From contig OZ242260.1 in assembly GCA_965207065.1 (NCBI GenBank), positions 1,792,001 to 1,856,000 of the forward strand: a stretch of 64,000 nt of DNA, given 5' to 3'. The first letter of the stretch is position 1. Each line of letters opens with the position of its first letter. Source of the DNA: a bacterium. Its GTDB lineage: Bacteria; UBA8248. Below are positions 29,192 through 37,713 of this stretch, piece after piece. The notes under the pieces are model-generated. The model was not told the DNA's origin. It worked only from the letters and a program-made list of their open reading frames with translations, and did no database searches. A program made the translations under genes and the position numbers.

Positions 29192-31924
29192 ATGACGGAA
29201 GATAAAAAACGAATCTTTCTGATTGACGGCTCGGGCTACATGTTCCGGGCCTATTACGGAACGATGCGCCAGCGTCTTTCGAACTCGAAGGGCGTGCCCA
29301 CAGGCGGTACGCTAGCGTTCGCCAGAATGCTCCTGAAAGTCATCCGGGAGCGAGGACCCGAGTACGTGGCCATCGCCTTCGATCGCCCCGAGCCCACCTT
29401 CCGCCACGAGATTTACCCCGCCTACAAGGGAAACCGCGACGCCGCGCCGGAAGACCTGGTCGAGCAGATCCCTTACATGCACCGCGTGGTCGAGGTGCTG
29501 CGGATCCCGCTTCTCGTACAGGTTGGGGCCGAGGCCGACGACATCATCGGCACGCTGGCCGCGCGCGCCGAAGCGGAGGACTTCGAGGTCGTCCTGGTGA
29601 CGGCGGATAAGGACTTCGCCCAGCTGGTCACTGAAAACGTGCGCATCTGGGACCCGATGAAGGACGAAGAGATGGGGCCTGCTGAGATCGAAGCGAAATG
29701 GGGCGTGCCGCCCGAAAAATTCGTGGATATCCAGGCGCTCATGGGAGATACGGCGGACAACATTCCAGGCGTGCCCGGCATCGGGGAGAAAACAGCCGTC
29801 GCCCTGATCCAGCAGTTCGGCGGACTCGACCAGGTGCTCGCATCTACTGATCAGATAAAACGCCCCAAGCAACGCGAGAACATCGAGGAAAACGTCGAGA
29901 TGGCGAAGCTCTCGCGGCAGCTTTGCACCATCAAGCGCGACCTGACGCTCGAAGGGGACCTGGAATCTTGCCGTCTGGGCGACGCCGACATCGAGGCGGG
30001 CCGAAAACTCTTCGCCGAGGAGCTCGAATTCAAGAACATCATCGAACAACTCCCCGGATACAGCGCAACAGAGGCCGAGGAAGCTGCGACCGAAGAGGCG
30101 GCTGCTCCAGCCGTAGAGGAGGAGCGCGATTATCACGTCATCAGAACGCAGGAAGATCTGCGGTCGATGACCGCAGAACTCGAAAAGGCGGGGCGCTTCG
30201 CGTTCGATCTGGAGACCACATCGCTCGATCCCATGAAGGCGCGCATCGTGGGTTTCAGTTTTTCCGCCGCTGCCGGCCGCGCGTTCTACGTCCCGGTGGG
30301 GCATGAGACGATGGATTCGGGCCCCCAGCTTGTGCTCGAAGACGTGCTCCGTGAAGTCTCGCCGCTGCTTGAATCGACTCAAATCGAGAAAATCGGCCAG
30401 AACATCAAATACGACATCGCGGTGCTCAAAGAGGCCGGCCGCGAGGTTTGCGGCCCCTTGTTCGACACCATGCTCGCCTCCTACCTCCTGCTCTCGAGCC
30501 GCAGGAGCCACGGGATGGACCATCTGGCGCAGGAGTACTTCGGGGTGACGACCATCAAATATGCCGATCTGTGCGGCAAGGGGGCGAAGCAGATTCCCTT
30601 CTCCCACGTGCCGGTCGAGGCGGCGGCCCCCTATGCCTGCCAGGATGCGGATATTACATATCGCCTGGCCCTGGAGATGGCGCCGCAACTGAAAAGTGAT
30701 GGTCTCGTGAACCTGTTCGAGGAACTCGAAGTCCCGCTCCTGCGCTTCCTGCTTGAAATGGAGCGCGCGGGCATCCGGCTGGATCGGGAATTCCTGCAGA
30801 ACATGGGCAAGGAGCTCGAAGCGCGCCTCGAGCAGATGACAAGCGAAATCCACGGGCTGGCGGGCCAGGAGTTCAACATCAACTCCACCCAGCAGCTGCG
30901 CGTCATCCTGTTCGAAAAGCTGAACCTGCCCGTGATTAAGAGAACGAAAACAGGGCCTTCCACCGACATCGACACGCTGGAGAGGCTGGCCCCTCAGCAC
31001 CCCTTGCCCCAGGAAATCCTGAGTTTCAGACAGCTCTCCAAGCTCAAGAGCACCTACGTGGATACCCTGCCCGAACTGGTGAACCCACGGACGGGCCGCA
31101 TCCACGCGCGCTTCAACCAGACGGTCGCCGCCACGGGCCGCCTGAGCGGTTCCGACCCCAATCTGCAGAACATCCCCATCCGCACGGATCTGGGCCGCCA
31201 GATTCGCCGGGCCTTCCTGCCCGAGGCGGGGTGGAAGCTCTTATCTGCGGATTACAGCCAGATCGAACTGAGGGTCCTGGCGCATTTCACGAACGACCCG
31301 GCCCTCGTCGACGCCTTCGGCAAGGGGGAGGACATTCACGCCACGACCGCCTCGGCCGTCTACGGCGTGGCCCTCGACGGGGTGGACTCCGAGATGCGCC
31401 GCGTCGCCAAGGCGGTGAATTTCGGTATCATCTACGGGCAGGGGCCCTTCGGCCTCTCCCAGACCATCGGCATCCCGCAGTCAGAAGCCCGCTCGTTCAT
31501 CGACACCTATTTCGAGCGATTCGCCGCCGTGCCCGCCTTCGTGGATGAGACCATCGAGAGCGGCAGGACGCGCGGCTACGTCTCCACCATCATGGGGCGG
31601 CGCAGGTACCTGCCGGATCTGAACAGCCGGAACCGCAATGCGAAAAACGCCGCCGAGCGAACGGCGGTGAACTCCGTCATCCAGGGCAGCGCCGCCGACA
31701 TCATCAAGCTTGCGATGATAGCCATCGCCGAACGGCTTAAGAAAGAAAACAGAGAAGCGCGCATGCTCGTGCAGGTGCACGATGAACTCCTGTTCGAGAT
31801 ACCGCCCGCAGAAATTGAAAGCGTCTCCGTCCTCGTCACAGAGGAGATGCGCGGCGCAATGCCCTTACGCGTTCCGCTCGACGTGGACGTGAGCACGGGG
31901 GATAACTGGGGCGAGTTGAAGTAG
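29192..31924 (+). CDS. polA: DNA polymerase I
   Basis: 5'-3' exonuclease (LIDGS, EADD, GDTADNIPGV), 3'-5' exonuclease (FDLETT), polymerase motifs DYSQIELR, KAVNFGIIYG, QVHDEL. Confidence 0.98.
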   Translation: MTEDKKRIFLIDGSGYMFRAYYGTMRQRLSNSKGVPTGGTLAFARMLLKVIRERGPEYVAIAFDRPEPTFRHEIYPAYKGNRDAAPEDLVEQIPYMHRVVEVLRIPLLVQVGAEADDIIGTLAARAEAEDFEVVLVTADKDFAQLVTENVRIWDPMKDEEMGPAEIEAKWGVPPEKFVDIQALMGDTADNIPGVPGIGEKTAVALIQQFGGLDQVLASTDQIKRPKQRENIEENVEMAKLSRQLCTIKRDLTLEGDLESCRLGDADIEAGRKLFAEELEFKNIIEQLPGYSATEAEEAATEEAAAPAVEEERDYHVIRTQEDLRSMTAELEKAGRFAFDLETTSLDPMKARIVGFSFSAAAGRAFYVPVGHETMDSGPQLVLEDVLREVSPLLESTQIEKIGQNIKYDIAVLKEAGREVCGPLFDTMLASYLLLSSRRSHGMDHLAQEYFGVTTIKYADLCGKGAKQIPFSHVPVEAAAPYACQDADITYRLALEMAPQLKSDGLVNLFEELEVPLLRFLLEMERAGIRLDREFLQNMGKELEARLEQMTSEIHGLAGQEFNINSTQQLRVILFEKLNLPVIKRTKTGPSTDIDTLERLAPQHPLPQEILSFRQLSKLKSTYVDTLPELVNPRTGRIHARFNQTVAATGRLSGSDPNLQNIPIRTDLGRQIRRAFLPEAGWKLLSADYSQIELRVLAHFTNDPALVDAFGKGEDIHATTASAVYGVALDGVDSEMRRVAKAVNFGIIYGQGPFGLSQTIGIPQSEARSFIDTYFERFAAVPAFVDETIESGRTRGYVSTIMGRRRYLPDLNSRNRNAKNAAERTAVNSVIQGSAADIIKLAMIAIAERLKKENREARMLVQVHDELLFEIPPAEIESVSVLVTEEMRGAMPLRVPLDVDVSTGDNWGELK

Positions 31925-31942
31925 CGGAGGCGCACGTTCCCC

Positions 31943-32605
31943 ATGTCCAATCTCTACGCGGTCGGCGACATCCACGGCCAGATTCATATGCTCGAAGCCC
32001 TGGTGGAGCGCGTGCCCTTCCAGGAGGAGGACGAGATCGTCTTTCTCGGAGATTACATCGACAGGGGGCGGGATTCGAAGGCCGTGGTCGATTTGCTGAT
32101 CCGCTTCAAGCGCGAATACCCCAAAGCTGTTTTCCTGCGGGGCAACCATGAGGACATGCTACTGGATTATCTCGCAGGAGGCGGGAGTTATCATCCGGGC
32201 GTCTACCTCATGAACGGCGGCGACGCGACGCTGGAAAACTACCGTGATGAGGGAGGCGACGTTCTGGTGCCGCCTGAGCATCTGAAATTCTTCAATGCCC
32301 TCGAGTGGATTCATACGAGCCGCGGTTTCATCTTCGTGCATGCGGGCCTGAGGCCGGGCGTTCCCATCGACCGGCAGGACCCGATGGATTTGGTCTGGAT
32401 ACGCGAGGAGTTTCTCCATGCGGGATATGATTTCGGAAAGCCCGTCGTTTTCGGGCACACACCGGGATTGGAGATAAAAAACGAACTTCCCTTATATCTG
32501 GGCATCGACACGCGCGCCGTAACCGGCGGTTTTCTGACGTGCGTGCAACTTGCCGATGGCGGCATTGTAGACTGCCACCAGGTTTCCTCCCGGGAAGTGG
32601 AATGA
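31943..32605 (+). CDS. Metallophosphoesterase (Ser/Thr protein phosphatase, PphA-like)
   Basis: GDIHG, GDYIDRG, RGNHE, FVHAG, FGHT. Confidence 0.9.
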   Translation: MSNLYAVGDIHGQIHMLEALVERVPFQEEDEIVFLGDYIDRGRDSKAVVDLLIRFKREYPKAVFLRGNHEDMLLDYLAGGGSYHPGVYLMNGGDATLENYRDEGGDVLVPPEHLKFFNALEWIHTSRGFIFVHAGLRPGVPIDRQDPMDLVWIREEFLHAGYDFGKPVVFGHTPGLEIKNELPLYLGIDTRAVTGGFLTCVQLADGGIVDCHQVSSREVE

Positions 32606-32617
32606 GATGAATCGCTC

Positions 32618-34909
32618 GTGAAGCGAAAACCGGACTCGATACCCGACGAGAAAAAGATACTCCGCCTGATCGCCGAAGAGGACAGGCCGATGGCCGTGCG
32701 CGAACTCGTGCGCCTGCTCGATGTTCCCTCCGCCGCGCGCCCTGCGCTCAGAAAGCGCCTGCGCGCCATGGCGGAAGAGGGTGCGCTCGTCAGGGTTCGC
32801 GGCCGCTATTCGACGCCGGGTTCCCTCTCCATCTACCAGGGAACCTTTCGGGGCCATAGGCTGGGGTTTGGGTTCGTCGTTCCGAACCAGGCGCCGGGTG
32901 AGGAAAAACCACTCGATATCATGATCAAGAAAACCCGCACACGGGGCGCAATGGACGGCGATACGGTCTCCGCCAGGGTGGAGAAAGTACAGCCCGATGG
33001 AAGGTGTGAGGGCAGCGTGCTCGACGTAATCGAACGCGCGCACGAAACCCTGGTGGGCAGGCTCTGCGTGGAGGGGCGAAGCGCGTGGGTGGAACCCCAG
33101 GGAGAGCGTATACCGCACCTCGTGGTCCTGGGCGCCGGTGAGCGGGGAGGAGCGAGGCGCGGCGAGTGGGTGGAGGTGGAGATCACCCGCTATCCCACGC
33201 AGAAAGAGCCCGCCAAAGGGCGTATCCTGAGGTCGTTCGGCTACCCGGAAGACCCCGCCGCCGAGGGACGGATGGTGCTCGCCAAGCACGGGATACGCGA
33301 GGATTTCCCCAAAAAGGTGCTGGATGAGGAAAAGAGGATATCCCCGCCGGGGGAGGATACTCCCTTTCCGGAGGGTGTGGAGGATTTGAGGGATCTGTGC
33401 GCGTTCACTATCGATCCATTCGACGCGCGCGATCGCGACGACGCGGTTTCGATAGAAAAACTCAAGTTCGGCGGCTGCCGCCTGGGTGTGCACATCGCCG
33501 ACGTGGGCCATTACGTGAAGGGAGGCGGCGCGATTGACAAAGAAGCCCTCGAGCGCGGGGTGAGCGTCTATCTTCCGGATCGGGCTGTGCCCATGCTGCC
33601 GCCCCGCCTGACGGGCGAGGTGTGCTCGTTGCGGGAGGGGGCCGTTCGCCGGACCCTGAGCGTCTTCATCGATTTCGACCGATACGGGAATCAATCGGGG
33701 ATGCGCCTTACCTTCGCGCGTATTCGCTCGCGCGCCTCTTTGACCTATCGCGGCACAGCGGCCGTTCTGGAGGGCGGTGAGATTCCCCAGAAAGACGAGG
33801 TCGAAAGCGCACGCGCGCTCGAAGCGCCGCTCAGGCAGCTCTCGGCCCTTGCCGACAAGCTTCACGTGGAGCGCATGCGCCGGGGGAGTCTCGATTTCGA
33901 CCTGCCCGAAGCCCAGGTGCTGCTCGATGAGGAGGGGATGCCGACGGGGATTGCGCGCGCGCCGAGAACATCCGCGCACCGGCTCATCGAGGAGTGCATG
34001 CTGGCGGCGAACCGGGCGGTAGCGGAATTTCTCGCCGATGCGGGCGGGGCTTCGGTCTACCGCGTCCATGAGTCGCCGTCGGAGGATAATCTCCAGGGTT
34101 TAAGGGCGATCCTCTCCAAATTGGGCCTGAATGCGCCGCGTCTGGAGGAACTCAAGCGGCCGGGCGGGCTTCAGGAGGTATTCGACGCTGTGGAGGGCTC
34201 GGACGTGGAGCGCTACGTGAATCTCGCCGCGCTCAGGAGCATGAAGCTCGCGCGCTATGAGGCGGCGCCCGCCCTTCACTTCGGCCTGGGCTTCGAGCGC
34301 TACACGCATTTCACCTCCCCCATCCGCCGGTACGCGGACCTGTGCGTTCACCGAAGGCTCCAGAAGCTCATGCGCGGTGACAAGAGAAAGCCCCAGGCGA
34401 AGCCCCTCGCCGCCCTTTGCGGCGATATTTCCGAGCGGGACCGGGTGGCCGAGGCCGCCTCGCGCGAGATGGCCGATTTCATGAAGGCGCTGTTCATGCG
34501 CGATAAGGTTGGCGAACGCTTTCGGGGACACGTCTCGGGCGTCGCGAATTTCGGGATTTTCGTGGAACTCGAAGATATTTTCGTAGAAGGCATGGTACCG
34601 CTCGAATTCATGACGGATGACTACTACGCCTATATTCCAGAGGAACACGCCGTACTGGGCCGAAGGTCCGGCCGAAGATTCCGCCTGGGCGATCCCGTTA
34701 CCGTGCGGGTGGAGAGCGTGGAACTGGCCTCGCGGCGCGTCACGTTCCAGCTAATGGCGGGCGGGACGAGAGAGTTGGTCGGCGATGCGGCGCAGTCGCG
34801 CCGCGCGGCGATATCCACCGAGCGTCGTCGCTCAGGGAAGAAGAAACCCTCGAGCCCACGGCGCAAGAAGAAGGGAAAAGCGGCGATTAAGCGGGGGAGA
34901 CGCCGCTGA
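32618..34909 (+). CDS. rnr: Ribonuclease R
   Basis: N-terminal HTH, GFGFV, TIDPFDARDRDDA, HFTSPIRRYADL, S1 domain, basic tail; upstream of smpB. Confidence 0.95.
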   Translation: MKRKPDSIPDEKKILRLIAEEDRPMAVRELVRLLDVPSAARPALRKRLRAMAEEGALVRVRGRYSTPGSLSIYQGTFRGHRLGFGFVVPNQAPGEEKPLDIMIKKTRTRGAMDGDTVSARVEKVQPDGRCEGSVLDVIERAHETLVGRLCVEGRSAWVEPQGERIPHLVVLGAGERGGARRGEWVEVEITRYPTQKEPAKGRILRSFGYPEDPAAEGRMVLAKHGIREDFPKKVLDEEKRISPPGEDTPFPEGVEDLRDLCAFTIDPFDARDRDDAVSIEKLKFGGCRLGVHIADVGHYVKGGGAIDKEALERGVSVYLPDRAVPMLPPRLTGEVCSLREGAVRRTLSVFIDFDRYGNQSGMRLTFARIRSRASLTYRGTAAVLEGGEIPQKDEVESARALEAPLRQLSALADKLHVERMRRGSLDFDLPEAQVLLDEEGMPTGIARAPRTSAHRLIEECMLAANRAVAEFLADAGGASVYRVHESPSEDNLQGLRAILSKLGLNAPRLEELKRPGGLQEVFDAVEGSDVERYVNLAALRSMKLARYEAAPALHFGLGFERYTHFTSPIRRYADLCVHRRLQKLMRGDKRKPQAKPLAALCGDISERDRVAEAASREMADFMKALFMRDKVGERFRGHVSGVANFGIFVELEDIFVEGMVPLEFMTDDYYAYIPEEHAVLGRRSGRRFRLGDPVTVRVESVELASRRVTFQLMAGGTRELVGDAAQSRRAAISTERRRSGKKKPSSPRRKKKGKAAIKRGRRR

Positions 34910-34920
34910 GTTTCTGAAGC

Positions 34921-35159
34921 GGGGTTGTTGGATAAGTCTCCTTTTCGAGGATAGAGGAGACGCCCCGCTTGACTGGAAAACGAACCCCCGCTCCCCCCCT
35001 TGTCAGGGGGGTATAAAAAGGCGATGCGCCCCCGCCGGGCGGAGGGGGTTTTGCTTTTTCTTGTCCCCCTGACAAGGGGGGGGTAGGGGGGGTGACTTTA
35101 TGGGGTTTCCCTTTCAAGGAGGTTGACTTTACCCACTCAAGGGCTTTTTCCACGGCCCC
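34921..35159. repeat. Degenerate MITE/REP composite between rnr and smpB
   Basis: Ends GGGGTTGTTGGATAAG / CTTTTTCCACGGCCCC; internal inverted pair CCCCCCTTGTCAGGGGGG ... CCCCCTGACAAGGGGGGG. Confidence 0.6.
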
Positions 35160-35317
35160 AAGCGGCAATGCTTCAGATTTGGTTCACTTACGGTTCCCCT
35201 ATGAAATTTCCCTGGTGGCGAAAAATCCCCTAAAGAGCTATATTGTTTCTCGATGACAAGGGAACTTGGGGAGCGATGCGCTCCTTTTTCTTTTTCCTGA
35301 GATTCTTGAGGTTTGTG

Positions 35318-35782
35318 ATGGCGGGCGGCATAAAAATCGTTGCCGAGAACAGGCGCGCCCGCGCCGATTATGCGATCGATGAGACTTATGAGGCGGGCCT
35401 CGTGCTCACGGGCACGGAGGTGAAGGCGCTCCGCGAGGGCCGCGCGAACTTAAAGGAGAGCTTCGGCGACATCATCGACGGCGAGGCATGGCTGGTCGAT
35501 TGCCACATCAGCCCCTACGGGCACGGCAACATCAACAACCACGAGCCCACGCGCAGGCGAAAGCTGCTGCTCCACAAGCGCGAGATAGGCCGCCTCATCG
35601 GACGCGTGAACGAACGGGGCATGACGCTCGTGCCGATGAAGATGTATTTCGCCCGGGGCCGCGCGAAGGTGGAGATTGGCGTCGGCAAGGGCAAAAAGTT
35701 CCATGACCGCCGGGAAGAGCTGAAAAAACGCGACGCGAACCGCGAGATTGAGCGCGCGCTGAGGGAGAGGAACCGGGGATGA
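35318..35782 (+). CDS. smpB: SsrA-binding protein SmpB
   Basis: NRRAR, EAGLVLTGTEVKALR, HISPY, RKLLLHKREI, GKGKKFHDRR. Confidence 0.97.
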   Translation: MAGGIKIVAENRRARADYAIDETYEAGLVLTGTEVKALREGRANLKESFGDIIDGEAWLVDCHISPYGHGNINNHEPTRRRKLLLHKREIGRLIGRVNERGMTLVPMKMYFARGRAKVEIGVGKGKKFHDRREELKKRDANREIERALRERNRG

Positions 35783-35985
35783 TTCACATTTTCAAGGACT
35801 ACACGATGCGCTGGTGGCAGGTGAGTCTGCTGAAAATCTCGTTGGCCGCGTTCGGCCTGGCCATTGGCGCCACCTGGCCGGGAGCCTTCGAGGGCTGGCT
35901 GCTGTGGATATGGCTGGTATTCCTGCTCCCCGCCGCGTATCTGAGCTACGTCTTCTATCCTGAAATGTGGAAGAGACGTAAATAG
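35779..35985 (+). CDS. Small two-helix membrane protein of unknown function
   Basis: 68 aa, ATGA overlap with the smpB stop, two hydrophobic stretches, basic C-terminus. Confidence 0.6.
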   Translation: MIHIFKDYTMRWWQVSLLKISLAAFGLAIGATWPGAFEGWLLWIWLVFLLPAAYLSYVFYPEMWKRRK

Positions 35986-36046
35986 CGTATTCGAAACGGG
36001 TCCGGGGCCATGATCGCCGCTCCGGAGCCTTGGCTTCATTTCTATT

Positions 36047-36407
36047 GGGGGCGATCTGGCTTCGACGGGAGGATTTGAAGTCTGAGCTGCGCGCCGGGGA
36101 CGCCACTTGGCCCCGTTATCAATGTGGCAAAATCACACCAGCCGACAACGAGCTGGCTCTCGCTGCTTAAACGCTAGCGAGCGTTCCCCCTCGCCTCGTC
36201 CGCGGGGGAGGAGTGGAGCGTCATGATGCGGACTAGCCGACCCAGGTTTCGGTCCGGAGCCTGCTAGGCGAAATCGAATCGGACTAGCCCGGAGGATGGC
36301 CCGCCGGTGGGCTTGAGACCGGGCGAAACCCTTTCCACCGGCTACGCGCGTAGACGCTCACGACGGAAGCCTTGCGGACGCGGGTTCGATTCCCGCCGCC
36401 TCCACCA
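36047..36407 (+). ncRNA. ssrA: tmRNA; tag peptide (A)ADNELALAA at 36141-36170
   Basis: 5' GGGGGCG...TTCGAC, 3' T-arm GCGGGTTCGATTCCCGC and acceptor end CGCCTCCACCA, internal tag ORF ending LAA-TAA; adjacent to smpB. Confidence 0.96.
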
Positions 36408-36456
36408 GAATACAATACTTGCGGCGCCATGCGCCGCCGATCGAACAGGAGTTCAA

Positions 36457-37272
36457 ATGACCGAAAAAAGCACGATTCAGAACATGGCTCTGTTTTGTGA
36501 TTTCGAAAACATCGCCCTTGGCGTGCGCGACGCCAAATACTCGGATTTTGATATTCAAAGAGTGCTGGAGCGCTTATTGCTCAGGGGCAGCATTGTCGTC
36601 AAGAAAGCATATTGCAACTGGGCGCGCTACAAGGAATTCAAGGCTCCCATGCACGAGGCGGCCTTCGAGTTGATCGAAATACCGCACGTCCGCATGTCCG
36701 GCAAGAACTCGGCCGACATTCGCATGGTCGTCGACGCATTGGACCTCTGCTATACCAAGTCGCACGTCGATACTTTCGTGATTATCAGCGGCGATTCCGA
36801 TTTTTCGCCATTGGTCAGCAAGCTGCGCGAGAATAACAAGGTAGTTGTCGGCGTCGGCGTGAAGAACTCGACCTCCGACTTGCTGACCTCGAACTGCGAC
36901 GAGTTCATCTATTACGACGACTTGATGCGCGAATCCGATAAACAGGGAAAAGCCAAACGGAAGCGGCCGGCCGCCCGCGCCGGAAGAAAGAAAGTCGTCG
37001 ACGGCGAAGAGGAAAAACGGCTGGAAGGGCTCAATCTGGTCCTGGAGACGACCGAGGACTTGTCCCGGGAGCGGGGCGAGGAAGAAAAGGTCTGGGGATC
37101 GATGGTGAAGCAGGCCCTGAAACGCCGCAAGCCGGGATTCAGCGAATCCTATCACGGATACAAAACCTTCAAACACTTGCTCGAAGACGCGAAAGCCCGC
37201 GGGATGCTAAATCTGGAGTTCGACAAAAAGTCCGGCGGATACATCGTGAAGAGCGCGCAACTCGATGAATAG
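36457..37272 (+). CDS. NYN-domain (LabA/DUF88, PIN-like) ribonuclease with C-terminal OST-HTH/LOTUS domain
   Basis: FCDFEN, GKNSADIRMVVDA, ISGDSDFSPL, CDEFIYYDD; C-terminal PGFSESYHGYKTFKHLLE; CAGGAG RBS. Confidence 0.9.
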   Translation: MTEKSTIQNMALFCDFENIALGVRDAKYSDFDIQRVLERLLLRGSIVVKKAYCNWARYKEFKAPMHEAAFELIEIPHVRMSGKNSADIRMVVDALDLCYTKSHVDTFVIISGDSDFSPLVSKLRENNKVVVGVGVKNSTSDLLTSNCDEFIYYDDLMRESDKQGKAKRKRPAARAGRKKVVDGEEEKRLEGLNLVLETTEDLSRERGEEEKVWGSMVKQALKRRKPGFSESYHGYKTFKHLLEDAKARGMLNLEFDKKSGGYIVKSAQLDE

Positions 37273-37284
37273 GCGCGCTTAGAA

Positions 37285-37337
37285 GCTCACGACGGAAGCC
37301 TTGCGGATGCGGGTTCGGATTCCCGCCGCCTCCACCA
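37285..37337 (+). repeat. Duplicated tmRNA 3' end (att-like direct repeat of 36356-36407)
   Basis: GCTCACGACGGAAGCCTTGCGGATGCGGGTTCGGATTCCCGCCGCCTCCACCA: one substitution and one 1-nt insertion relative to ssrA. Confidence 0.95.
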
Positions 37338-37464
37338 TTTTTAAATGAGAATGCGGCTAGCCTGTGAATACGGGTTTCATTGAATTGTTCTGATTCAAAT
37401 TGGTTCATTCTGTGGATTCTTGTTATATTTTCTGAAGTCAGATTTCAGCGAGTCGGGCGTACTC

Positions 37465-37677
37465 ATGACGCCGAGCGAAGTCATTTTCGAGCTTACCGAA
37501 GCAGTAGAAGGCGGCTATGACGCCCGGGCCTTGGGCTACGGAATTTTCACCCAGGGAGAGGACTGGGATGATCTGAAGTCAATGGTCCGGGATGCGGTGC
37601 TTTGCCATTTCGGTGAAGAAGACGTGCCCAAAGTAGCCAGGTTGCATCTTGTCAGGGACGAAGTTATCGCAGTATGA
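37465..37677 (+). CDS. HicB-like antitoxin (short type)
   Basis: EVIFELTEAVEGGYDARALG..IFTQGEDWDDLKSMVRDAVLCHF; ATGA overlap with a HicA-like start. Confidence 0.75.
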   Translation: MTPSEVIFELTEAVEGGYDARALGYGIFTQGEDWDDLKSMVRDAVLCHFGEEDVPKVARLHLVRDEVIAV

Positions 37678-37713
37678 AATTGCCGAGTGCTCTCTCTGGC
37701 GACGACTTGATTC
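37674..37713 (+). pseudogene. Truncated HicA-like toxin remnant
   Basis: MKLPSALSGDDLI resembles HicA N-termini (MKLP..LSG..LI); similarity stops where the convergent sulfatase ends. Confidence 0.55.

Larger units (their letters stand above)
36408..37337. mobile_element. Minimal genomic islet integrated at the tmRNA 3' end, no integrase
   Basis: Flanked by direct repeats of the last ~52 nt of ssrA; contains a single CDS. Confidence 0.75.

Noticed and set aside
29312-31105. Long antisense ORFs (for example 597 aa opposite polA, 525 aa opposite rnr, 510 aa opposite ruvB, 472 aa opposite the ATP-grasp gene)
   Set aside because: Shadow frames expected from high-GC codon bias; no recognisable motifs.
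36307-36456. N-terminal extension of the NYN ORF into the tmRNA
   Set aside because: It overlaps the structural RNA; a good RBS precedes ATG 36457.
37285-37337. Possible tRNA gene (T-arm plus CCA)
   Set aside because: Only a copy of the tmRNA 3' end; no D or anticodon arm, and the T-loop has a 1-nt insertion.
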